Notes: generated by a model from the letters alone, not told the origin. A DNA stretch of 39,722 bases from Patescibacteria group bacterium (GCA_028870105.1 JAGWQI010000001.1:1-39722), one strand, 5' to 3'; counted from the stretch's first letter, positions 16,429 through 23,242 are shown. Numbers and translations: made by a program.

Positions 16429-18597
16429 ATGTCAGAAGAATTTGACAGAAAAGCGGCGGTCGCCGCTTCGTTAGAGCAGCATTTGTCAAAACTAAAGCAG
16501 CCTGATGCCCAGGCGGATTTATCTGTTCCAAGAATATCGCCAACACCCGAGGTGGAAAGACCCAAATCGTTCATTCCTGATGATCCTGAAGAAAGGCGAA
16601 TTTTGGCTGAAAAAAGGGAATCGGAATTGAAAGCTGCCCGCGAAGCTTATGTAAAAACTAAAAGGGATTTGGGCAAGTTTGGGGTCATTAAATCCGTTTG
16701 GGAAGCCTTAAAAGGAAAAGATACCAAGGAAAAAGTTAGGCTGGAACACGAGAAGGCCCAAAAAGAATACGATAAAAAGAAAGCGGAATATTACAAAGTC
16801 GCCACGGCTCAGTTTTTGCAGGAGCGCGATAAGCTGTTGGAAGAAGAAATTAAAAATCAGGCCCCAGGCAAAAGATGGCCCAAGAAAGCTTACGATTGGT
16901 ACAAGGGCCTGTCTAACAAGAACTTGGCTTTATTTGTGGAAAGGGTCCGGGGTAAGAAAATCGAGAACCGCTATGTTAAGGCCGGCTTGGGCATGGTTAA
17001 TCCGCGTACCGCGATTAGCCTTGGCTTGCTGGGTGGCGGCGTATATTTTGGCGCCACTGCGGCCGGCGTGGGTATTTTTACTGCCAGGAGGTTAGTTAGC
17101 GGAACCTCTGCCAGCGTGGGTACCTATGACTTGTTAAACCTGGCCAGAGGCGGCCGGGACCGGGTTAAGCTGGCTAAGGAAATTGATAAAATCGAGACGC
17201 TGGACGAGGTAGAGCAGCGGATGGCCCGCATTGAAGCCCGGGTAATGTTCGACGGCAAGACCTACGAAACCTTACAGGGGGACAGGCTTTACCAGCAGCT
17301 TAAATCTAAGCGCGCGGAAATATACGAGAAAAAAACCGCAGAGCAAGACACGGCCTGGAAGTTATCCCAATTTATAGGCGAGCGTTCCAAAAAGGACGAA
17401 GAGCAAATCGAAAAAAGCCTGGGCAAGGAAAAGAATTTCCGCAGGTTGGCTACGGCCACCGGCGCGGCTGTTGGCGCGGTTATTGGTACCGGCAAACTTA
17501 ATTGGCTTTATCGAAAATTAATGCCGGAGCACGCTTCGGCGGCCGCGCCAAAGGGTTTAGCCGGCCATCCTGAAGCCCCGGCGGAGTTTAAGCCGGCGAT
17601 GCCTCCGGTGCAGGACATTCAGCTGCACGCCGGCAGCCGCGGCATTGAGGGCGCGTTGCTGGATCTTAAAAAAACTAACGCTGAGTCTTACAATAAAATG
17701 CTGGCCTGGATGCAAAACCAGCCGGGGATTGGGCAGGACACGGCCGGACACCAAATTACCGACCCCGGCAAGCTGGTGCACCGTTTCGTGGACAAGTTCG
17801 CCCAAGAGCACAATTTTAACATTGACCAGGGCGGCGGGCATGATTTGAGCCGGATGTTTAAAGCCGACATGGCGGTTCACGCCGACGGCTCAGTGACGTT
17901 TAATACCTCGCCTGAGCATTTTCAGTTTATGCCCGAAAGCCATCACGCGGCTACCGCCGGCCAGCCGGATTTGCACCACGGGGACCTGTCTTCGCTAACG
18001 CCGGAGGAAATCCAAAAAATGGCGCACGACCAGATGCACGACTACTTAGTCCAGCATCCGCAGGAGACCGCTGAGTTAAAGCGCTTATTAAATCCGATTC
18101 AGCCGGATATTGCGCCGCCAACGCACGCCGTGCCAGCCCCTCCCAAGCTGCCGGATTCCGGGATTGCTTTTCCGCGCATGCACGAGCCGCCGGTGGATTT
18201 GCCGCCGCATCAAGATTACGGCTTCGGCGGTTATGACGCCCCAGTTCACGCCGCGGCCAGGCCGGAAATTGCCAGTGCCGCCGGCGAAGTCCTGTTGGCC
18301 AAGGCCACCGCGGCCAAGGATACGGCTAAGGCGCTCAAGCAAATTTTGCCAAAAGATCAGCTGCACAATTTTATGCATAAGGTGCTCGGCGTAAGCGACC
18401 GCAAGCTCAATGGTTTAAAGAATATGAGCGTGTTGGAATTTGCGGAAAAGGCCGAGGTTAATAAAAAATTCCAAAACGAATTTTCCAAATTGGGCAAATT
18501 GATTTTTGAAAAATCTACCCAAGCCGATTGGGACAGCGCGGAAAATTTGAGCGTGCGCCAGTGGCTGGTAAATTACGCTTTAAGAATTAAAAAATAA
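16429..18597 (+). CDS. Hypothetical 722-aa protein with a Lys/Glu coiled-coil N-terminus, two Gly-zipper hydrophobic segments and a His/Pro-rich C-terminal half
   Basis: Hydrophobic segments are AISLGLLGGGVYFGATAAGVGIF and LATATGAAVGAVIGTG. The gap to the upstream gene is 10 nt. Confidence 0.85.
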   Translation: MSEEFDRKAAVAASLEQHLSKLKQPDAQADLSVPRISPTPEVERPKSFIPDDPEERRILAEKRESELKAAREAYVKTKRDLGKFGVIKSVWEALKGKDTKEKVRLEHEKAQKEYDKKKAEYYKVATAQFLQERDKLLEEEIKNQAPGKRWPKKAYDWYKGLSNKNLALFVERVRGKKIENRYVKAGLGMVNPRTAISLGLLGGGVYFGATAAGVGIFTARRLVSGTSASVGTYDLLNLARGGRDRVKLAKEIDKIETLDEVEQRMARIEARVMFDGKTYETLQGDRLYQQLKSKRAEIYEKKTAEQDTAWKLSQFIGERSKKDEEQIEKSLGKEKNFRRLATATGAAVGAVIGTGKLNWLYRKLMPEHASAAAPKGLAGHPEAPAEFKPAMPPVQDIQLHAGSRGIEGALLDLKKTNAESYNKMLAWMQNQPGIGQDTAGHQITDPGKLVHRFVDKFAQEHNFNIDQGGGHDLSRMFKADMAVHADGSVTFNTSPEHFQFMPESHHAATAGQPDLHHGDLSSLTPEEIQKMAHDQMHDYLVQHPQETAELKRLLNPIQPDIAPPTHAVPAPPKLPDSGIAFPRMHEPPVDLPPHQDYGFGGYDAPVHAAARPEIASAAGEVLLAKATAAKDTAKALKQILPKDQLHNFMHKVLGVSDRKLNGLKNMSVLEFAEKAEVNKKFQNEFSKLGKLIFEKSTQADWDSAENLSVRQWLVNYALRIKK

Positions 18598-18600
18598 AAT

Positions 18601-18906
18601 ATGAATAGAAATATCCTCGAGGGTAATATTATCGCGCAGCTTGGCTTGGAAAAGCTGCCGGATGAAGAAAAGGCCGCTTTGCTGGAACAAATGGTCGGTT
18701 GGGTGGAGAAGCGGGTGTTCGGCAAAATTCTGGCGTCTTTGGCCGAGGCCGACAAAGCGCGGTTTTTGGAAATTATGGAAAGCGGCGACCAGGCGGCCTC
18801 GGAAGAGTTCTTGTCTCAGAAGGTTCCAAACTTCGCGGAGCTGCTAGAACAGGAAACCGCCGCCGCCAAGCAGGAGCTGGCTGAGTTTCATAAGACACTC
18901 GATTAG
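18601..18906 (+). CDS. Hypothetical 101-aa helical acidic protein
   Basis: Starts 3 nt after the upstream stop. The LPDEEKAALLEQMVGWVEKRVFGKILASL...DKARFLEIM pattern resembles small helical proteins I associate with Patescibacteria (possibly DUF5663-like; unverified). Confidence 0.75.
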   Translation: MNRNILEGNIIAQLGLEKLPDEEKAALLEQMVGWVEKRVFGKILASLAEADKARFLEIMESGDQAASEEFLSQKVPNFAELLEQETAAAKQELAEFHKTLD

Positions 18907-18925
18907 CCCCCTAAAGGCTGAAAAT

Positions 18926-18953
18926 TTGTCTAAAGCCGGCGGTATGCTATAAT
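18926..18953 (+). promoter_or_regulatory. ftsZ promoter TTGTCT-16-TGcTATAAT (extended -10)
   Basis: TTGTCT at 18926..18931, TGC at 18945..18947 and TATAAT at 18948..18953. Confidence 0.6.
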
Positions 18954-18984
18954 GCCCCTAGCTTAAAACCAAACACAAACACCA

Positions 18985-19030
18985 AATACAACCAAAATTC
19001 GGCTGCCTTTCCCCGGTTGTATTTTATTTT
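18985..19030 (+). promoter_or_regulatory. Terminator-like hairpin in the ftsZ leader
   Basis: AATACAACC (18985..18993) pairs with GGTTGTATT (19015..19023), followed by TTTATTTTG and preceded by a C/A-rich tract (18965..18998). Confidence 0.4.
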
Positions 19031-19082
19031 GCCTAAGCCTTGCACTCTTTTGATTAATTTTGTATTCTTTATTTAGCATTTC

Positions 19083-20270
19083 ATGAGCAAAAAAATGGAA
19101 GTTAAACCAAAAGTTGAGACCTTTGCCAGAATCAAAGTTTTGGGCATCGGCGGATCGGGCACTAACGCGGTTAACCGCATGTCGCAGCTGGGCATCCGCG
19201 GCGTGGAGTTTGTTTCGGTCAATACCGACGCGCAAGCCTTGCATAATAACCAGGCCGATCGCAAGGTTCATATTGGGCGCGGTGTAACCAAGGGCCTGGG
19301 CAGCGGCATGAACCCCGAGCTTGGCCGGCAGGCGGCCGAGGAAAGCGTGGAAGAGTTGGAAGAAGTCGTGGATAACGCCGACATGGTGTTTATTACTTGC
19401 GGCCTTGGCGGCGGCACCGGCACGGGAGCCGCACCGATTATCGCCGAGCTGGCGAAGAACAAAGGCATCCTAACCGTGGCGGTGGTCACTAAGCCATTCA
19501 CGTTCGAAGGCAGCAAGCGCAAGGAAGTGGCTGAGGTTGGTTATGACAATTTGAAAGATAAAGTTGACGCCATTATTTCCATCCACAACGACCGCATTTT
19601 GCAGATCATCGACAAGAAAACTTCTTTGGTCGACGCGTTTAAGACTGTGGACGAGGTTTTGCGGCAGGGGATTTCCGGCATCAGCGATTTGATTACCACC
19701 CACGGTATTGTTAACGCCGACTTTGCGGACGTGAGAAGCATTATGCAGGACGCCGGCACGGCGCTCATGGGCATTGGCCATGCCAGCGGCGATACCCGCG
19801 CCCAAGACGCGGCCCGTCTGGCTATTAATTCGCCGCTGCTGGAAATGACTATCGACGGCGCCAAGGGCGTGTTGTTCAACATTACTGGCGGTCCCTCTTT
19901 GGGCATGTTCGAGATTGACGAGGCGGCCAAGGTGATTACCAAGAGTATTGATCCGGATGCCAAGGTTAAGTTTGGCGCGGTCATCGACGAAAGCATGGGC
20001 GACGACATCCGCATTACCGTCATTGCCACGGGTTTCGACGAAGCCAACAAGCGGCCAATGCCGGCGGTACTGCCGACTCAGCAAGAACATAAAAAATCCG
20101 AACCGCGGCCGGTCCAGCCCGCGCCGGAAATGCGCAAACCGTTGTTTGCGCCGCAGCCGGTGGCGCCGGTTTCCCAGGCACCGCGGCCGGTCCAGCCCGC
20201 GCCGCAGCCGGACGCCGCGCCCGATGACGAACTGGATATTCCCGCGTTCATTCGCAAAAAGATGAAATAA
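19083..20270 (+). CDS. ftsZ: Cell division protein FtsZ
   Basis: [13 protein letters not shown], the [10 protein letters not shown] tubulin signature, NTDAQAL, and the C-terminal FtsA-binding peptide [13 protein letters not shown]. Confidence 0.97.
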   Translation: MSKKMEVKPKVETFARIKVLGIGGSGTNAVNRMSQLGIRGVEFVSVNTDAQALHNNQADRKVHIGRGVTKGLGSGMNPELGRQAAEESVEELEEVVDNADMVFITCGLGGGTGTGAAPIIAELAKNKGILTVAVVTKPFTFEGSKRKEVAEVGYDNLKDKVDAIISIHNDRILQIIDKKTSLVDAFKTVDEVLRQGISGISDLITTHGIVNADFADVRSIMQDAGTALMGIGHASGDTRAQDAARLAINSPLLEMTIDGAKGVLFNITGGPSLGMFEIDEAAKVITKSIDPDAKVKFGAVIDESMGDDIRITVIATGFDEANKRPMPAVLPTQQEHKKSEPRPVQPAPEMRKPLFAPQPVAPVSQAPRPVQPAPQPDAAPDDELDIPAFIRKKMK

Positions 20271-20274
20271 ATTC

Positions 20275-20312
20275 ATAAGCTGACAAGCCCACACGCTTGC
20301 CAGCTTATTTTA
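20275..20312 (+). terminator. Rho-independent terminator after ftsZ
   Basis: 14-position stem ATAAGCTGACAAGC/GCTTGCCAGCTTAT (1 mismatch), followed by TTTT. Confidence 0.75.
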
Positions 20313-20323
20313 TAGGTTAGCTA

Positions 20324-20352
20324 TTGCATTTTTTTTGCAGATGTGCTATAAT
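20324..20352 (+). promoter_or_regulatory. Strong promoter TTGCAT-17-TGcTATAAT
   Basis: TTGCAT at 20324..20329 and TATAAT at 20347..20352 with TGc directly upstream. Confidence 0.65.
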
Positions 20353-20548
20353 ATATACAGATATTGAAAAGGTCGATATCGGCACAAAAACAAGCCGGTA
20401 AATATCGTCTAAGAAACAAAAAAGCAAACAAAAATAAAATTAAATACCTCCAAAATTATCGGCTCTTTCAATTGGAGAGCGGATATAAATTGGTTTAAAG
20501 TGGTTTTGCCATTTAAACCAACTTTCTAGAGTTTTGGAACAAAGCATT

Positions 20549-20974
20549 ATGGAAACTTTGTTAACTACAGAGAGCCCGGGCAAGGTTATTGGGCTACTTG
20601 GCGCGGCCATGTGCTCGTTGGTGTTTTTGCTGGCCGTAACGCTCAGCGACGCCAGCTTTAGCGGCCAGCAGCAAGTGCTGCCTGACCCGTTCGGCCCGCA
20701 GCAGGTTATGGCCGTGCTCGACCAGGCCAGCAACAGCTACAGCAAGCTGGCCGACGCTTATTTTATTAACCCGCTCATGAACAGTTATTCGTCCATGTAC
20801 CAAAGCGCGCAGAGCGCGGTGGCGTTTATGCGGGAGTCCGACGTTGACGTGCGCATTGTGGCCATGGCCGGACTGTCGGATTTAGTCTGGCAGGAGCCTA
20901 CGCCAATGGCGCATCCTTCGCATTTGGCGCCCGGCCAAGTGGCCGGCGCGTTCACTATGCACCAAGCGCCATAA
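20549..20974 (+). CDS. Hypothetical membrane-anchored protein
   Basis: METLLTTESPGKVIGLLGAAMCSLVFLLAVTL (one TM), then a soluble domain. ATG at 20549 is preferred to TTG at 20534. No family recognised. Confidence 0.55.
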   Translation: METLLTTESPGKVIGLLGAAMCSLVFLLAVTLSDASFSGQQQVLPDPFGPQQVMAVLDQASNSYSKLADAYFINPLMNSYSSMYQSAQSAVAFMRESDVDVRIVAMAGLSDLVWQEPTPMAHPSHLAPGQVAGAFTMHQAP

Positions 20975-21038
20975 AATAGGACGCATAGATGTAAAATATC
21001 AAATTGGGATTTTACATCAGGAAGCGTAAACCAAAAAT

Positions 21039-21114
21039 AAAAAACTCCCCGGTTATCCCGTAGAATGTCGGCTGTGCCCCCGACCGCTACAGGGTAAATA
21101 CCCGGGGAGTTTTT
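21039..21114. terminator. Three-tier 76-nt rod hairpin flanked by an A-run and a T-run; bidirectional terminator between convergent genes
   Basis: - Outer stem: 13 bp, AAAAACTCCCCGG/CCGGGGAGTTTTT.
- Middle stem: CCCGTAG/CTAC(A)GGG.
- Inner stem: GTCGG/CCGAC. Confidence 0.6.
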
Positions 21115-21120
21115 AATTCA

Positions 21121-21163
21121 AAGCCCGTCCCCCAAGTCGCTTCAGCGACAGTGGGACGGGCTT
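21121..21163. repeat. Two-tier hairpin (11-bp outer stem, 5-bp inner stem) just 3' of the PurM-like gene
   Basis: Outer stem AAGCCCGTCCC/GGGACGGGCTT enclosing GTCGC-TTCA-GCGAC. Confidence 0.5.
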
Positions 21164-21185
21164 AATGGTAGAGTGTGACCCAGGC

Positions 21186-22304
21186 TTACTCGCCGGGAGG
21201 AGGGAGTACCATATTGTTGTAAGGGCCGAAGACGGTTTGCCGCGGCCCTTCTTCCACCGTTCCGACGGGCAGCAGCGGATAGCCGGCCTTCTCGGCAACG
21301 TCCATGGTTTTTTGGACATTGCCGGGATCGACGAAGATGTACCAGCCGGCGCCCCAGTTGAAGGTTGTCAGGCAGGTGTCGAGCGGGACTTCGCAGACTT
21401 CGTGCATGACCCGAAACAGCAGAGGGATTTGGTCTTCAGTCCACCAGGTATGGATGCGGTAGGTCAGCGGGCGCTTGTCGAACGCCAGCTTGGCCACGCC
21501 GTCTCCCGTGCCCGGCAGGAATGCCGAAACTTGGACTTCGTTCTGTTGCAGCGCCTCGACCAGTTGCACGTACGAACGGGTGGGGATGAGCGCTTCTTCG
21601 CCCAGGGTCTTGCCGTTCGGCAATTTGGTCAAAAATTGTTCGGGCAGCCCCAGCGCTTTGCCGATGACCAGCGAGGCGCCGTTGCTGTGCAGGCCAGTCG
21701 AAGGCGCCGCCAGAATGACGTTGCGGGGTCTAAGTCGACTGCCGTTGACTTTGAAGCTTGCCGGGGAGATGATGCCGGTGGCGCAGCCGCTAAGCACGGG
21801 AGCGCTTTTAACCGGTTCAGTGGCGCGGATCAAGTAACGCAGCGAAGGCGATTCGCCACCGACCAGGGCCATGCCAGTTTCCTGGCAGACCCGGAAGTAG
21901 CTCTCGCCCAAGTCGTGTCGCCGGTTCGCGTCGTTGAACCACTCGCTGTCGCCAGCCGCCGCTTCGTCGGTGTAAATGATCGGCAGGGCGCCTTTGGCGG
22001 CCAAGTCATTGGCGGCCATCAGTGCGTTATCGATCCCGATGCCGGAGTAGTAGCTGTTCCCCGTGCCGGAGAACAGGTACATCCATTCCGCGATCCAGTT
22101 CTTGTTGCCCAGGCCTTCTGTGACCTGGCATAGCCGGTGGTCCTTAGACCACGTGCAGTAACTGCCGTCTGACTCGACGATCACTTGCCGGCGATTCGGG
22201 AAGGTCAGGGTTCGCAGTCCAATTTCGCGCATAAAGTCTTTGAAGGGCTGGATTTGTTTGTAATCCACCCCGCCGACCTCAGCATAAATGTTCACAACAG
22301 TCAC
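21186..22304 (-). CDS. PurM-like / AIR-synthase-superfamily protein
   Basis: Colinear with PurM as I remember it: VDYKQI; TEGLGNK (cf. DGVGTK); GIDNALMAANDL (cf. GIDLVAMCVNDL); LVGGES (cf. GGETAEM); STGLHSNGASL (cf. SSGPHSNGYSL); PTRSYV; TFNWGAGW (cf. TFNCGVGM). Start is GTG at 22304, or GTG at 22295 behind GAGGTG. Confidence 0.8.
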   Translation of the reverse strand: MTVVNIYAEVGGVDYKQIQPFKDFMREIGLRTLTFPNRRQVIVESDGSYCTWSKDHRLCQVTEGLGNKNWIAEWMYLFSGTGNSYYSGIGIDNALMAANDLAAKGALPIIYTDEAAAGDSEWFNDANRRHDLGESYFRVCQETGMALVGGESPSLRYLIRATEPVKSAPVLSGCATGIISPASFKVNGSRLRPRNVILAAPSTGLHSNGASLVIGKALGLPEQFLTKLPNGKTLGEEALIPTRSYVQLVEALQQNEVQVSAFLPGTGDGVAKLAFDKRPLTYRIHTWWTEDQIPLLFRVMHEVCEVPLDTCLTTFNWGAGWYIFVDPGNVQKTMDVAEKAGYPLLPVGTVEEGPRQTVFGPYNNMVLPPPGE

Positions 22305-22348
22305 CTCTTTAGTAGATTGTAGATTTCCCCCATGGGATTGTATGGGGG

Positions 22349-22357
22349 ATTATACCA
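22349..22357 (-). promoter_or_regulatory. Extended -10 (TGGTATAAT) for the PurM-like gene
   Basis: The reverse complement of 22349..22357 is TGGTATAAT. The palindrome CCCCCAT-N8-ATGGGGG (22327..22348) sits at the predicted transcription start. Confidence 0.45.
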
Positions 22358-22417
22358 CGCACAAATTTTTGTGGATATCCCGTTGGAGCAGAGCAAAAAT
22401 CCCCAATTTTGGGATTA

Positions 22418-22473
22418 TTGACAGAAACTATATGTAGTATTATCATAATAGAGTAAAGCACTAGATATAGTAT
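22418..22473 (+). promoter_or_regulatory. nrdR-nrdJ promoter (TTGACA-17-TATCAT) overlapped by two tandem NrdR boxes
   Basis: Box 1 is AAACTATATGTAGTAT (22425..22440) and box 2 is GCACTAGATATAGTAT (22458..22473). Each matches 13/16 positions of the acaCwAtATaTwGtgt consensus as I recall it. Their centres are 33 nt apart. Confidence 0.65.
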
Positions 22474-22681
22474 TTAGGCGGGAGACCAGAAATCCAACAA
22501 AAACCGAATATTTTCGTATAATAGCGCCCAAAACAGGCCATTTATACCCTTCGTTTGGGGAAGAGGGGTGAAAAGACCAAAACACAGACGCTCCAGAGAC
22601 TTTCCAAGCAAGGGTATTTTAATATCGCCCAAAAAGCCTTACTTAATGTTTTAATTTTAACGTCCGTGAAAGTTTAAAAGT

Positions 22682-23128
22682 ATGCGTTGTCCTAATTGCG
22701 GTAATGAGGACACAAAGGTCCTCGACAGCCGGCCTATAGATGACGGCGACGCTATCCGCCGCCGCCGGGAGTGCGAAAAATGCGAGTTCCGTTTTAGCAC
22801 TTACGAAGAAATTGAGATCTTGGACTTGACGGTGGTCAAGAAAGACGGGCGCAAGGAGCCTTACTCCAAGGAAAAGCTGGAACGGGCCATTACCCGGCCA
22901 TTCGAAAAAATTCCCCATACCGACGAGACTTTAAGAAAACTCATGTCGGCCATTGAGATTGAGATTCAAAAAAAGGCCAAAGGCGGGGAAATTGGCAGCC
23001 TGGATATTGGCGAGATTGTCATGAAGAAGATTAAACGAGTCAGCAAGGTTGCTTACATTCGCTTTGCCGCGGTTTACAGGCAGTTCGAGGACTTAGAAGA
23101 GTTTAAGGAAGAGCTTAGGAAATTGTAA
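22682..23128 (+). CDS. nrdR: Transcriptional repressor NrdR (zinc ribbon plus ATP-cone)
   Basis: MRCPNCGNEDTKVLDSRP...RRRRECEKCEFRFSTYE, followed by an ATP-cone. Confidence 0.95.
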   Translation: MRCPNCGNEDTKVLDSRPIDDGDAIRRRRECEKCEFRFSTYEEIEILDLTVVKKDGRKEPYSKEKLERAITRPFEKIPHTDETLRKLMSAIEIEIQKKAKGGEIGSLDIGEIVMKKIKRVSKVAYIRFAAVYRQFEDLEEFKEELRKL

Positions 23129-23134
23129 GGTTAT

Positions 23135-23203
23135 GGATTACAGATTATGTACGGATATAAGGATTACTGCAGTATCTGTACATCTGCAACGAATCTGTAA
23201 TCC
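23135..23203. repeat. Two-tier 69-nt hairpin in the nrdR-nrdJ spacer
   Basis: Outer stem GGATTACAGATT (23135..23146) / AATCTGTAATCC (23192..23203). Inner stem ATGTACGGATA (23147..23157) / TATCTGTACAT (23173..23183, one G-U). There is an 8-nt 3' bulge. Confidence 0.6.
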
Positions 23204-23242
23204 CTAGCCTCATTTACAAAGAAACTAATAATTATCACCACT

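Noticed and set aside
19470-20294. 274-aa and 169-aa minus-strand ORFs antisense to ftsZ
   Set aside because: They are antisense to an unambiguous ftsZ and give low-complexity Arg-rich translations.
21165-22133. 322-aa plus-strand ORF
   Set aside because: It is entirely antisense to the PurM-like gene, whose product aligns block by block with a known family. The translation is Arg/Ala/Gly/Gln-rich with no motifs. This is the typical shadow ORF of a GC-rich coding region.
22474-22492. B12-box-like string AGGCGGGAGACCAGA, suggesting a cobalamin riboswitch ahead of nrdR-nrdJ
   Set aside because: - It matches only about 11/15 positions of the B12 box as I recall it.
- It sits at the very 5' end of the predicted transcript rather than in the 3' part of an aptamer.
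- None of the other conserved cobalamin-riboswitch segments are visible.
- B12 riboswitches normally repress B12-independent reductases, not nrdJ.
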